A stretch of DNA of 64,000 nucleotides from Chloroflexota bacterium (GCA_034437795.1 DAOTTI010000267.1:1277-65276), one strand, 5' to 3'. Positions 53,914 through 62,188 are shown, numbered from the stretch's first letter. Notes: generated by a model from the sequence alone, not told the origin. Translations and numbers: made by a program.

Positions 53914-54954
53914 GTGACTGCAGCGGTTGAACGCCTCGGTGTGGCCATCCAGGGCGCCGGCAACGTCGCCACTGAGCACCTGTGCGCCTACCTGAATAAC
54001 CCCCACGTGGAGGTGGTGGCTATCGGCAGCCGTACGATCGAGGGGGCCGAGCGCAAGGCCCGCCAGCTAGGGCTCGATCCATCGCGCCTTCGCCTCTACG
54101 ACGACTACGACGCCCTGCTGGCCGACCGGCGGGTGGACGCCCTTTCTCTCTGCACGCCGCCGGCGCGCCACCCGCTGGAGACGATCAAGGGGGCCCAGGC
54201 CGGCAAGCACCTGCTGATCGAGAAGCCGGTGGCGACCAACCCCGAAGAGCTGCGCCAGATGGACGAGGCCGTGCGCCGCGCGGGGGTCAAGACCGTGGTC
54301 AGCTTTGTCCTGCGCTGGAACCCGCTAGTGCTGACCATCAAGCGGATGATCGCCGACGGCGCCTTCGGCGACCTCTTCTTTGTGCAGACCGCCTACTGGC
54401 ACAACGTGGTGCAGGGCGGGTACCCGGGCGCCAGGCCGGGCCCGCGAACGAGCCCCATTAGCGCCATGGTCGGCGGGGGCTGCCACGCCATGGACATGGC
54501 CCGCTACCTGCTGGGCAGCAACGTCGTCCAGGTGATGGCGCTGGCGAAGGACGCCATCCCCGGCCACGCCTCGCCTGCCAACACCGCCGCCCTGTGCCGG
54601 TTCGAGAACGGCGCCATGGGCTACGTCTCCGCCTGCACCGAGCAGTGGATGCCGTACGTCTTCAACATCGAACTCTTTGGCACCGATGGCGCCATCCGGC
54701 TGAACCGCTTCTTCTCCAAGAAGCTCCCCGGCGCCACCGGCTTTATCGAGATCCCCACCGTGCTGCCGGACAGCGGGGCCGTCTCCCACCATCCTTTCCA
54801 GGGGGAGATCGACCACTTCGTGGAGTGCATCCGCACCGGCCGCGAGTCTCACGTCAATCTGGCCGACGCAGTGAACACGCACGAGGCCTGCTTCGCCGCC
54901 GACCTCTCGGCCGCGCGGCAAGGCGCGCCCGTACCGGTGCCGCTGGCACGATAG
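53914..54954 (+). CDS. Gfo/Idh/MocA family oxidoreductase
   Basis: GGAGGGAGG then GTG 53914 (track start 53899 is also possible). VAIQGAGNVATEH, LIEKPVA. Paralog of 49245..50303. Confidence 0.9.
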   Translation: MTAAVERLGVAIQGAGNVATEHLCAYLNNPHVEVVAIGSRTIEGAERKARQLGLDPSRLRLYDDYDALLADRRVDALSLCTPPARHPLETIKGAQAGKHLLIEKPVATNPEELRQMDEAVRRAGVKTVVSFVLRWNPLVLTIKRMIADGAFGDLFFVQTAYWHNVVQGGYPGARPGPRTSPISAMVGGGCHAMDMARYLLGSNVVQVMALAKDAIPGHASPANTAALCRFENGAMGYVSACTEQWMPYVFNIELFGTDGAIRLNRFFSKKLPGATGFIEIPTVLPDSGAVSHHPFQGEIDHFVECIRTGRESHVNLADAVNTHEACFAADLSAARQGAPVPVPLAR

Positions 54955-55141
54955 GGCACGCCCTGGCGCTGGCTCGTCCCTCCTTCCTGGCAGGTGCCGC
55001 CCCCGCCCCAGGAAACGTCTTGGGAGATGGCGAGGCGTCCGCTCATCAATAAGCCGGTGAGGAACGCCGGTGGTATGCGTCTTGCCCCTCGGTACCTGGG
55101 TACCCCACACCAGTACCCAAGAGAAGGGAAGGAGCGGCCCG

Positions 55142-55489
55142 ATGGAACCGATCACGCATCATCCGGATCCACGCGAGGAACCCCATCCGGCGCACCCCGA
55201 GGATAAGGGCCACCTGGGGAGCTTGAAGGACGAGCTGCGGGAGGAGGCCGCGCGAGCGCAGGCAATGGAGGCCACTCCTGTGCCGTGGCTGCAGGCGGGA
55301 CACGCCCACGCCCCGGCACGCACGCACGACCTGCGCCGGGCGGTTGCGGCTGGCCCCAAGGCGCCGAAGCTGAGCGAAGGGCGCGGGGTAACCCAGCCCG
55401 TCTCGAAGCGAGCCACCCTGCGCCGGCAGAAGCGCGGGAGCGCCAGCGCCAAGATGGGGAGCCGCGGGGGCGGGCAGCGGAACCGATAG
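55142..55489 (+). CDS. hypothetical protein, His/Pro-rich N-terminus and basic C-terminus
   Basis: GGGAAGGAG 7 nt before ATG 55142. No recognisable domain. Confidence 0.3.
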   Translation: MEPITHHPDPREEPHPAHPEDKGHLGSLKDELREEAARAQAMEATPVPWLQAGHAHAPARTHDLRRAVAAGPKAPKLSEGRGVTQPVSKRATLRRQKRGSASAKMGSRGGGQRNR

Positions 55490-55715
55490 CCAGGCGTGGG
55501 TTTTGCACGGCGGCGCCGCGCGGGCCAGCCGGGAGCGCGACGCACAGGGGAAAGAAGGCCTGAGACCAGTTCGCCATGATGCGACCGTAAGTGCCGAGCA
55601 CCGTGTCCCTGGGAAGAGATGGCCCTGTGAGAGCAGCTCGGTATGAGCTTGCTCGGCCGTGCGTGGCTTGCCATACTCACCGGCATCAGTAGCATAGAGC
55701 GTGGAGCGAGCACCA

Positions 55716-57065
55716 ATGAGCCAGACGAGCGCTGTTACGGACGTGGCCGCCCGCACGGGAGGGGCGGAGCCCGACACAGGCGCCTTCCGCCAGCTGCTGG
55801 CGTACATCCGGCCACGGCCCGACGAGGTAAAGTGGCAGGAGATCCCGTGGCAGACCGATCTGTGGGAGGCGCGCCGGCTAGCGGCCCAGCAAGGCATGCC
55901 GATCTTCCTCTGGGCGATGAATGGCAATCCCTTGGGATGCACGTGAAACAACGGCGTGGCCGGCCGTGCGCAGGCCTTTAGCGACCCCACCGTGATCGCG
56001 CTCGCCTCGGAGCGCTTTATCCCCGTGGCGGAGAACTGCTCGCCCCTCCAGCGCCAGGACGACGCCAAAGGGGAGTTCTTCCGGCTGGTGGCCGAGCAGG
56101 GCCACTACGCCGGCCGGACCTACCCGACCAGCACCCGCCAGGGGCTGTACTGCTTTACCGCGGACGGCAAGGTGCTGGCCGCCGCCAACACGCGCGACCC
56201 GCAGCGCGTGATCGATCTGCTGGAGACGGCCCTCCAGCGCTGGGCCATCCTGGCGGACGGTGGCGCCAACGGGCAGACGATGGCGGGCGAGATCCCGGAC
56301 TACGTGCCGGCACGTCCCAGCCGCTATCCGGAAGACGGGCTGGTGCTGCAACTGGTGGCGCGCGATCTACCCCGCGAGCGCGGCGCCCTTGACGGGGCGG
56401 TGGCGCGGTTCATTCTTGGACGCGACCCTGGACGAGACGGCCACTCCACCGCGCAGCTGGTCGAGCCGTGGCCGGCCACCGACACCCGCCAGGAGGACTG
56501 GCGCAAGTACGCCTGGAACCTGGATTACGCCTGGTTTTCTCGCGATGAGGCGCAGGCCATGGTGCCACAGCCACGCGCCACCGGCAGCCAGCAGGCGGTG
56601 CCGCGGGAGATCGTGCGCCGGCTGGCCCGCTTCCACCTGCGCGACTTCGTCCGCGGCGAGCCGTCGGTCTGGCCGGAGGAGGCCATCCGGCACAGCGATC
56701 TGCAAGCGGAGATTGTGAACGTCTCCGGCCACCTGGTGCGCCTGGTCCTGCGAGGCCGCATCCTGCTGCGCTGGGAGGCGCGCTGGGTTCGCCCTGAGGA
56801 TGGCGAGGAGCGGCGCTCCGACTGCGGCTTCGATGCCACGCTTTACGGCGAGGCCACGTGGGATGCGGGGCACGGCGCCTTCGTCGCCTTCGACCTGCTG
56901 GCGGCCGGGCCGCGCTGGGGCACCAACCAGTACAACAATCGCGCCGACGACCTCGGCCCCGCGCCGCTGGGCATCGCCTTCGGCCTCGCCGGCAGCGAGC
57001 CGCGCGATCGGACGCCGCCGCACACGATCTACCACCGCGACTACTTCGCGGCCGGCGGCCACTGA
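55716..57065 (+). CDS. thioredoxin-fold N-terminal domain protein interrupted by one in-frame TGA (selenoprotein candidate or pseudogene)
   Basis: Track ORFs 55701..55946 and 55956..57065 share one frame, separated only by TGA 55944-55946. The sequence reads ...EARRLAAQQGMPIFLWAMNGNPLGCT-TGA-NNGVAGRAQAFSDPTVIALASERFIPV. Confidence 0.55.
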
Positions 57066-57153
57066 AGCGCGCTCAGATCGCCTCCATCGCGGGCGCCGGA
57101 CGCGCGCGTCCACGCCTGCGGGGTGTAGGTCCGTGCGGCCGCGTCGTCGCCTT

Positions 57154-58224
57154 TCACCGTAGCGCGGCCATGAGCGGGGCGAAGAGGGTGCGATACACCG
57201 GCCCCCAGAAGGAGCCGGCGCGCTCACCCTCCAGCCCCCGGCCATTGCGCACCACGATCAGCTCCAGGCTGGGCACCACCAGCAGCACCTGGTGGCTCGC
57301 CCCTGCGCCGGCGAAGGCGTCGCGGGGCACGTCCGGCCAGACGCCGTCCTCGTTCGTCCACCAGCCCAGGCCGGAGGCGGGGCGAGGGTCGGCCGCGCTA
57401 CGCGGCGGCAGCGGCGTGCCGGCATAGGCGACAGCCCGCGCCGCCCAGCCGGCGTCGAGCACCCGCCGCCCGTCCCAGTCGCCACGGCGGAGCATCAACC
57501 TCCCCAGGCGCGCCACCGCCCGCGCCGTGAAGCTCCCACCACCCCAGTTGGCGACCAGGGGCAGGCCATCGACCCAGTAGGTTGCGCCGTAGCCGATCGA
57601 CCAGTCGCCGTCGCGCAGGCCCACTGGCTCGTAGACCCGCTCGCGCAGCAGGGCGCGCAGGTCCTGCTGGGGCGCATCGCGCAGGGCCGCCGTGACGCAG
57701 TAGGCCAGCATCGCCATGCCGGGGTTGCTGTAGGCGTACTGCGTGCCCGGCGGAAAGAGCACCGGCGCCTCGTCGCGCGCGATCGTGAACGGGTCGGGAT
57801 CGCGCCGCCAGAACCGGCCCTTCCAGCCGGGGAGCTGCTCGTGCGGCAGGCCGTCCTGCTCGGCGTCCTCGAGGCCAGAGGAATGGGTGGCGAGGTGCCG
57901 GATGGTGATCCGGCGCTTCTGCGGATCGTCGCGCCACTGCGGCACAAAGCGGGCCGCCGGGTCGTCCACGGCCAGTCGGCCATCTTCGAGCGCCACCTGG
58001 AGCGAGAGACCGCCGACGATCGCCTTGGCCAGCGAGGCGGTGAAGTGCGGCCGGCCGGCGTGCCAGCCAGGCGCATACCACTCGCAGACGATGCAGTCGC
58101 GCCGGACGACCAGGAAGGCGCGCGTCTGGCGAGCGGCCAGCTCGTCGCGGATCGCCTCCAGGGCGGAGGCGGCGAATCCCTGGCTTTCCGGCGGGCCTTC
58201 CTGCCACTCAAATGCTGGAGCCAT
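57154..58224 (-). CDS. serine hydrolase, beta-lactamase/transpeptidase-like family
   Basis: SxxK motif (TASLAK). GGGAGG upstream of ATG 58224. The track ORF to 58512 is an extension. Confidence 0.85.
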   Translation of the reverse strand: MAPAFEWQEGPPESQGFAASALEAIRDELAARQTRAFLVVRRDCIVCEWYAPGWHAGRPHFTASLAKAIVGGLSLQVALEDGRLAVDDPAARFVPQWRDDPQKRRITIRHLATHSSGLEDAEQDGLPHEQLPGWKGRFWRRDPDPFTIARDEAPVLFPPGTQYAYSNPGMAMLAYCVTAALRDAPQQDLRALLRERVYEPVGLRDGDWSIGYGATYWVDGLPLVANWGGGSFTARAVARLGRLMLRRGDWDGRRVLDAGWAARAVAYAGTPLPPRSAADPRPASGLGWWTNEDGVWPDVPRDAFAGAGASHQVLLVVPSLELIVVRNGRGLEGERAGSFWGPVYRTLFAPLMAALR

Positions 58225-59389
58225 AGGCGCCTCCCTGCTTCCGGCCGGGGCGCTTGCGCCAGGTGAACCGTACCTGCTGGAGATTGAGCTTATCGGAGGG
58301 GATCCGGTCGGAGTAGATGAGCGCGCAGGTGAGGCTGCCTTCGTCCGGGCCGCCGGCGCCGCTGATCCACTTGGCCGGCAGGCGGGGATCATACCGCAGG
58401 TCGCCGGCGCGCCCGCTGCCCCACGGAGCCACATAGCCGGCGGCCGTCCACGGGCCCCAGGGGTGTGGCGCATCGAAGAAGGCCAGGCGGCTGGGCGTCC
58501 CGCCCGCCTCACCGGGGGCGAAGTCGCCGGCGCAGGTGGCCAGCAGGTAGCGGTCCAGCGGGGCGAGGTAGACCACGTCGCCGCAATTCACGTGGCCGCG
58601 GAAGGCGAAGACGGGATGGCGGGCGGCGACGTCACGCGTCCAGCGTGGCCGGTGGCCGCGACCGCTCCCCTCGTCTTCCAAGCCGGCGAAGAACTCGTAG
58701 GCGGCACGGTCGGCCACGTGCTCGCGGGGAACGCGGGCCAGGTCAAGGTGGTCGTTGGCGCGCCGCCGGTCCTCTCGAGGCGAGTAGAGGTAGACGTAGC
58801 CGTCCTGCGCCTGAGAGTAGTCCCGGCCGGCCTGGAGAAAGGTGGGGGAGTGGAAGGCGTGGTCGGGCTCGTTAAAGAAGAGGCGCATCATGCGCACATC
58901 CGGGACGTACGGGTCGGCGTTCTGCCACGTCCGCCCGCGGTCGGTCGTCCAGATCAGCTTGGAGGCCATCTGCTGTCGCCTACCCGTGGCCGGGTCGATG
59001 GACGACTGGTAGCGAAGGAAGTGGTAGAGAACGCCCCCCGCGGCCAGCAGGCCGCAGCCCTTGAAGTTGGGGTTCTCGGCGCCCCGCCCGAACCACGGCA
59101 TCGACACCTCCTCGCCGCGGAAGGCGTCGGCGGTGCCGGTGAGCCGCACCAGGCCCGTGTTGTACTTGGTGTCCGGCGCGATCGGCCGGCAGCCCCAGCC
59201 ATCGCCGTAGGCGGCGTAGAGGCAGTCGTCGCCGGCCCAGGTGACCGGCCAGTTGTCGCCATCGAGGTCGTCGCGGCGGGTAGCTTGGGCTGAGATGGAC
59301 GCCAGGGTGAGCACCGCGCTCGGCGGGTAGGGCGACCGGCTGGCTGCCGCCTGTATTGCCTGCGCTGCCTGTGTTGAGTGATCCGTCAT
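58208..59389 (-). CDS. BNR/Asp-box containing, sialidase-fold-like hypothetical protein
   Basis: Asp-box TTDRGRTW and beta-propeller-like composition. The 3' end overlaps the start of the serine hydrolase gene by 17 nt. Confidence 0.6.
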   Translation of the reverse strand: MTDHSTQAAQAIQAAASRSPYPPSAVLTLASISAQATRRDDLDGDNWPVTWAGDDCLYAAYGDGWGCRPIAPDTKYNTGLVRLTGTADAFRGEEVSMPWFGRGAENPNFKGCGLLAAGGVLYHFLRYQSSIDPATGRRQQMASKLIWTTDRGRTWQNADPYVPDVRMMRLFFNEPDHAFHSPTFLQAGRDYSQAQDGYVYLYSPREDRRRANDHLDLARVPREHVADRAAYEFFAGLEDEGSGRGHRPRWTRDVAARHPVFAFRGHVNCGDVVYLAPLDRYLLATCAGDFAPGEAGGTPSRLAFFDAPHPWGPWTAAGYVAPWGSGRAGDLRYDPRLPAKWISGAGGPDEGSLTCALIYSDRIPSDKLNLQQVRFTWRKRPGRKQGGAYGSSI

Positions 59390-59574
59390 CGGTCATCCCA
59401 GTGGCTGGGCATCTAGTTCGCTGTCTGTATCAAGCAGACCTGCCGTACGCGTATCTCGACTCGAAACTCGGCGCGACCTCTCGGCGCCGGTGAGAACCGG
59501 CGAACCCAGGCGCTCGGTGAGGGGCCGGCGCTACGAGCAGGCGCCCTCCGGCGCTACGCCATCTCACGGCACGG

Positions 59575-59678
59575 GCGGAAACGGCAGACCCAGGCGCTTG
59601 ATCACCGTTGCGAGTTGGAGGCGTGCCTGGTCCGCGCGGCAGCGGAAACGGCAGACCCAGGCGCTTGATCACCGTTGC
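59575..59678. repeat. direct repeat pair A (37 bp, perfect, period 67)
   Basis: GCGGAAACGGCAGACCCAGGCGCTTGATCACCGTTGC at 59575-59611 and 59642-59678. Confidence 0.9.
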
Positions 59679-59776
59679 TGCTGCCCGCAGCGCTGTAATC
59701 ACATCTCGCCCGCGCCGCTGCTGGGCGTCCGGCAAGGCACCGGCGCGGGCGCGGTCACACAGGTCTGCGAGCACGG

Positions 59777-60394
59777 CTATGAGGTTCCACCAATCCGCGC
59801 GCCACGCGACACGTTCCGCTTCCGGTAGCTGCGGCCAGTGACGCTCCCATTCGGGCAGGGATGCGATCTCACCATCCGCGACCGCAGCCAGGGCTTCGGT
59901 GACGCTCCCATTCGGGCAGGGACGCGATGTCCGCGGCCAGCAGGCCAAGGTCGGCATTTATGCGCTCTGCGGTCGAGGTGTTGGATGTCGTAGCCATCGC
60001 CAGTGCTCCCGATTAGGCTCGGCCGCGAGTTGAGCGAGGCATCGAACACGGGCACCATGACGTAGCCGGTCTGAGTGCTCCCGATTAGGCTCGGCCGCGA
60101 GTTGAGCGAGTGGTGCCGAGGCTGATAGCCGGTGACCCAGCAGTTCAAGCCCACTCGGTACTCTACCAGAAGCCAGGGGCCGCCTCGGGGACCCTGCCAC
60201 TCCGCAGAGTGACCGAGAGAGCCGAGTTGCCGCTCACCGTAGTAGCGGCTGACGAAGATGCCTGACGTCTCGGCGAGCACCGTCTGCCGTGATGACTGGA
60301 GGTACTCGTCGAATGTCGTGCCAGGAGGCCACGCTTCCTGACCGACCACCGCGCCTTGGCTCACATCCTGGTAACGGGCCAGCGCCGAGCACAT
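59777..60394 (-). CDS. hypothetical protein carrying the in-frame repeat C; 3' boundary unreliable
   Basis: The N-terminal ~95 aa (TTFDEYLQSSRQTVLAETSGIFVSRYYGERQLGSLGHSAEWQGPRGGPWLLVEYRVGLNCWVTGYQP) look protein-like. The rest overlaps the downstream small ORF in another frame. Confidence 0.3.
   Translation of the reverse strand: MCSALARYQDVSQGAVVGQEAWPPGTTFDEYLQSSRQTVLAETSGIFVSRYYGERQLGSLGHSAEWQGPRGGPWLLVEYRVGLNCWVTGYQPRHHSLNSRPSLIGSTQTGYVMVPVFDASLNSRPSLIGSTGDGYDIQHLDRRAHKCRPWPAGRGHRVPARMGASPKPWLRSRMVRSHPCPNGSVTGRSYRKRNVSRGARIGGTS
59838..59928. repeat. direct repeat pair B (30 bp, 1 mismatch, period 61)
   Basis: GTGACGCTCCCATTCGGGCAGGGAyGCGAT at 59838-59867 and 59899-59928. Confidence 0.9.
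60002..60110. repeat. direct repeat pair C (37 bp, perfect, period 72, in frame)
   Basis: AGTGCTCCCGATTAGGCTCGGCCGCGAGTTGAGCGAG at 60002-60038 and 60074-60110. Confidence 0.9.
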
Positions 60395-60442
60395 CCCGAG
60401 TCGTTGCCTTCATCTGCTACAACCTGCGGGCAGCAACTGCCC

Positions 60443-61078
60443 ATGACCGACTCAGCGCGCATCCCCCGCACCCACCGCGTCATCCTGGTCCGCCACGCGC
60501 AGTCTCTCGTGGACCAGACCCGCCATCCCGCCGAGTGGCACCTGGCCGGCGAAGGGCGCGCCGCCGCCCGCCGGCTGGCCGCTCTCGGCCTGTTTGACCA
60601 GGTGGCCGGCTTTTACGCCGGCCCGGAACCCAAGCTGGTGCATACCCTGGCCCCTGTGGCGGAGGCCCGCGGCCAGCAGGTGGCGCCGGAGCCAGACTTT
60701 GCCGAGACGCGGAGCGAGGGCTGGCTGGATGCCGATGCGTTCCTGGCTACGGTCCGTCGCTTCTTCGCGGCGCCCGACCGGCCGCCGGCGCGCGGATGGG
60801 AGAGCGCCAGCGCCGCGGCCGGCCGCTTCGCCGCCGGCGTCGAGCGCCTCCAGGCCCGCCATGGCCCCGCCATCTATCGTGGCCACGCCCTCCCCGGCAC
60901 CTTCGCCATCGCCACTGGGGGACGGATGCTGGCCGCCTATCTGGCCGGCCTCTTCCACTACACGCCGGAGCAGGCCTTCGACTTCTGGCGCCGCCTGCGC
61001 TTCCCCGATCTGGCCGTCATTGAGCTTTCCGCCACAGCGCCGCCCCGACTGGTCATTCCGTTTGGCACGCTGGCGTAG
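60443..61078 (+). CDS. histidine phosphatase (phosphoglycerate mutase-like) family protein
   Basis: RVILVRHAQS (RHG-type motif). Start taken as MTDSARIPRTH. Confidence 0.8.
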   Translation: MTDSARIPRTHRVILVRHAQSLVDQTRHPAEWHLAGEGRAAARRLAALGLFDQVAGFYAGPEPKLVHTLAPVAEARGQQVAPEPDFAETRSEGWLDADAFLATVRRFFAAPDRPPARGWESASAAAGRFAAGVERLQARHGPAIYRGHALPGTFAIATGGRMLAAYLAGLFHYTPEQAFDFWRRLRFPDLAVIELSATAPPRLVIPFGTLA

Positions 61079-61111
61079 GCGGCGCATCCCAGGCAGAAGG
61101 CTCGAGCCGGG

Positions 61112-62188
61112 CTATTGCGGACGAAACACGATGCAGACGGGGTTCGGCGTCTGCGTCACGTGGCCGGTGGGGGTGAGCGTGCCCCGCTCCTGGTCGATCC
61201 GGAATGGCACGATCGTGTCGCTGCCCTGGTTGGCGGCGAGCAGGAGCGTCCCCGACGGGTCCAGATTGAAGTTGCGTGGGGTCTTTCCCTGCGTCGGCTC
61301 GTGGCCGATGAAGGCGACCCTGCCGGTCTCCTGGTCGATGGCGAAGATGGCGATGCTGTCGTGCCCGCGGTTGGAGCCGTAGACGAACCTGCCGGACGGA
61401 TGCACGACGATCTGCGCCGGGTGATTGGTCTCCGCGAACCCCTCGGGGAGCGTGGAGACGGTCTGGAGGAGCTCCAGCGTGCCGCGCTGGCCGTCGTAGG
61501 CGTAGGCGCTCACGGTGGAATCCAGTTCGTTGATCACGTAGACGAAGCGCCCGCTGGGATGGAACGAGAGGTGGCGGGGCCCCGCGCCGGGGTTGGCGCG
61601 GCCGAAGGGCGGGTCATTGGGGATCAGCTGCCCCGACGTGAGGTCGAAGCGATACACCATCACCTTATCGATCCCCAGGTCGCAGGCCAGCACGTAGCGC
61701 CCGCTGGGGTCGGGAGCGACGAAGTGGGCGTGCGGCCCTTCCTGGCGTCTGGCGACCGGGCCTGATCCTTCGTGGTGAACGGCGGAGGTCGCCTCGCCCA
61801 GCGTGCCGTCCGCCTGGATGGGGAGCGCCGCCACGTGCCCGCTGGCGTAGTTCGCCGCGAAGGCGTAGCGCCCGCTGGGATGGACGCTCACGTAGCAGGG
61901 CGAGACCCCTTGCGACGATTGCCGGTTGAGGAGCGTCAGGGCGCCCGTGCGCTCGTCGATGGCGAACGCGCTGACCACGCCGTCGCTCCTTCCCTCCTCG
62001 CTCCACTGCCGTTCCACGGCGTAGAGGAACGGGCGCTGCGGGTGCAGCGCGAGGAAGGTGGGGCTGTTCAGACCGCCGACCGTTTGCACGGGCGACAGCG
62101 CGCCACTGGCCGGATCCATCCGGTAGACGTAGATGCCCTCGGCCCTTCCCTGGCCGGTATAGGTCCCAACGTAGACGATCATGGACAT
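61112..62188 (-). CDS. lactonase, 7-bladed beta-propeller (6-phosphogluconolactonase-like)
   Basis: MIVYVGTYTG...GIYVYRMD start and repeated HPSGRF(V/A)Y blades. The exact start is uncertain (62188, 62182 or 62227). Confidence 0.85.
   Translation of the reverse strand: MSMIVYVGTYTGQGRAEGIYVYRMDPASGALSPVQTVGGLNSPTFLALHPQRPFLYAVERQWSEEGRSDGVVSAFAIDERTGALTLLNRQSSQGVSPCYVSVHPSGRYAFAANYASGHVAALPIQADGTLGEATSAVHHEGSGPVARRQEGPHAHFVAPDPSGRYVLACDLGIDKVMVYRFDLTSGQLIPNDPPFGRANPGAGPRHLSFHPSGRFVYVINELDSTVSAYAYDGQRGTLELLQTVSTLPEGFAETNHPAQIVVHPSGRFVYGSNRGHDSIAIFAIDQETGRVAFIGHEPTQGKTPRNFNLDPSGTLLLAANQGSDTIVPFRIDQERGTLTPTGHVTQTPNPVCIVFRPQ

Larger units (their letters stand above)
59564..59997 (-). pseudogene. 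small ORF (would be 101 aa) disrupted by two out-of-frame direct-repeat insertions
   Basis: ATG 59997 gives MATTSNTSTAERINADLGLLAADIASLPEWERH, then a stop at 59869-59871. Removing one copy plus spacer of repeat B (61 bp) and repeat A (67 bp) restores a continuous ORF ending at TGA 59564-59566. Confidence 0.4.

Noticed and set aside
21667-55946. Idea that TGA is reassigned (e.g. to Trp) because two genes read through in-frame TGA
   Set aside because: TGA terminates several well-supported genes at the expected family length, for example 10503-10505, 17310-17312 and 17903-17905. Global reassignment is therefore not supported.
57743-59293. 516-aa plus-strand ORF
   Set aside because: Antisense shadow across two supported minus-strand genes.
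59575-60110. CRISPR-like reading of the repeat-spacer-repeat geometry (30-37 bp repeats, 30-35 bp spacers)
   Set aside because: The three pairs have three different repeat sequences with only two copies each. They lie inside coding sequence, and there are no cas genes. This is not a CRISPR array.
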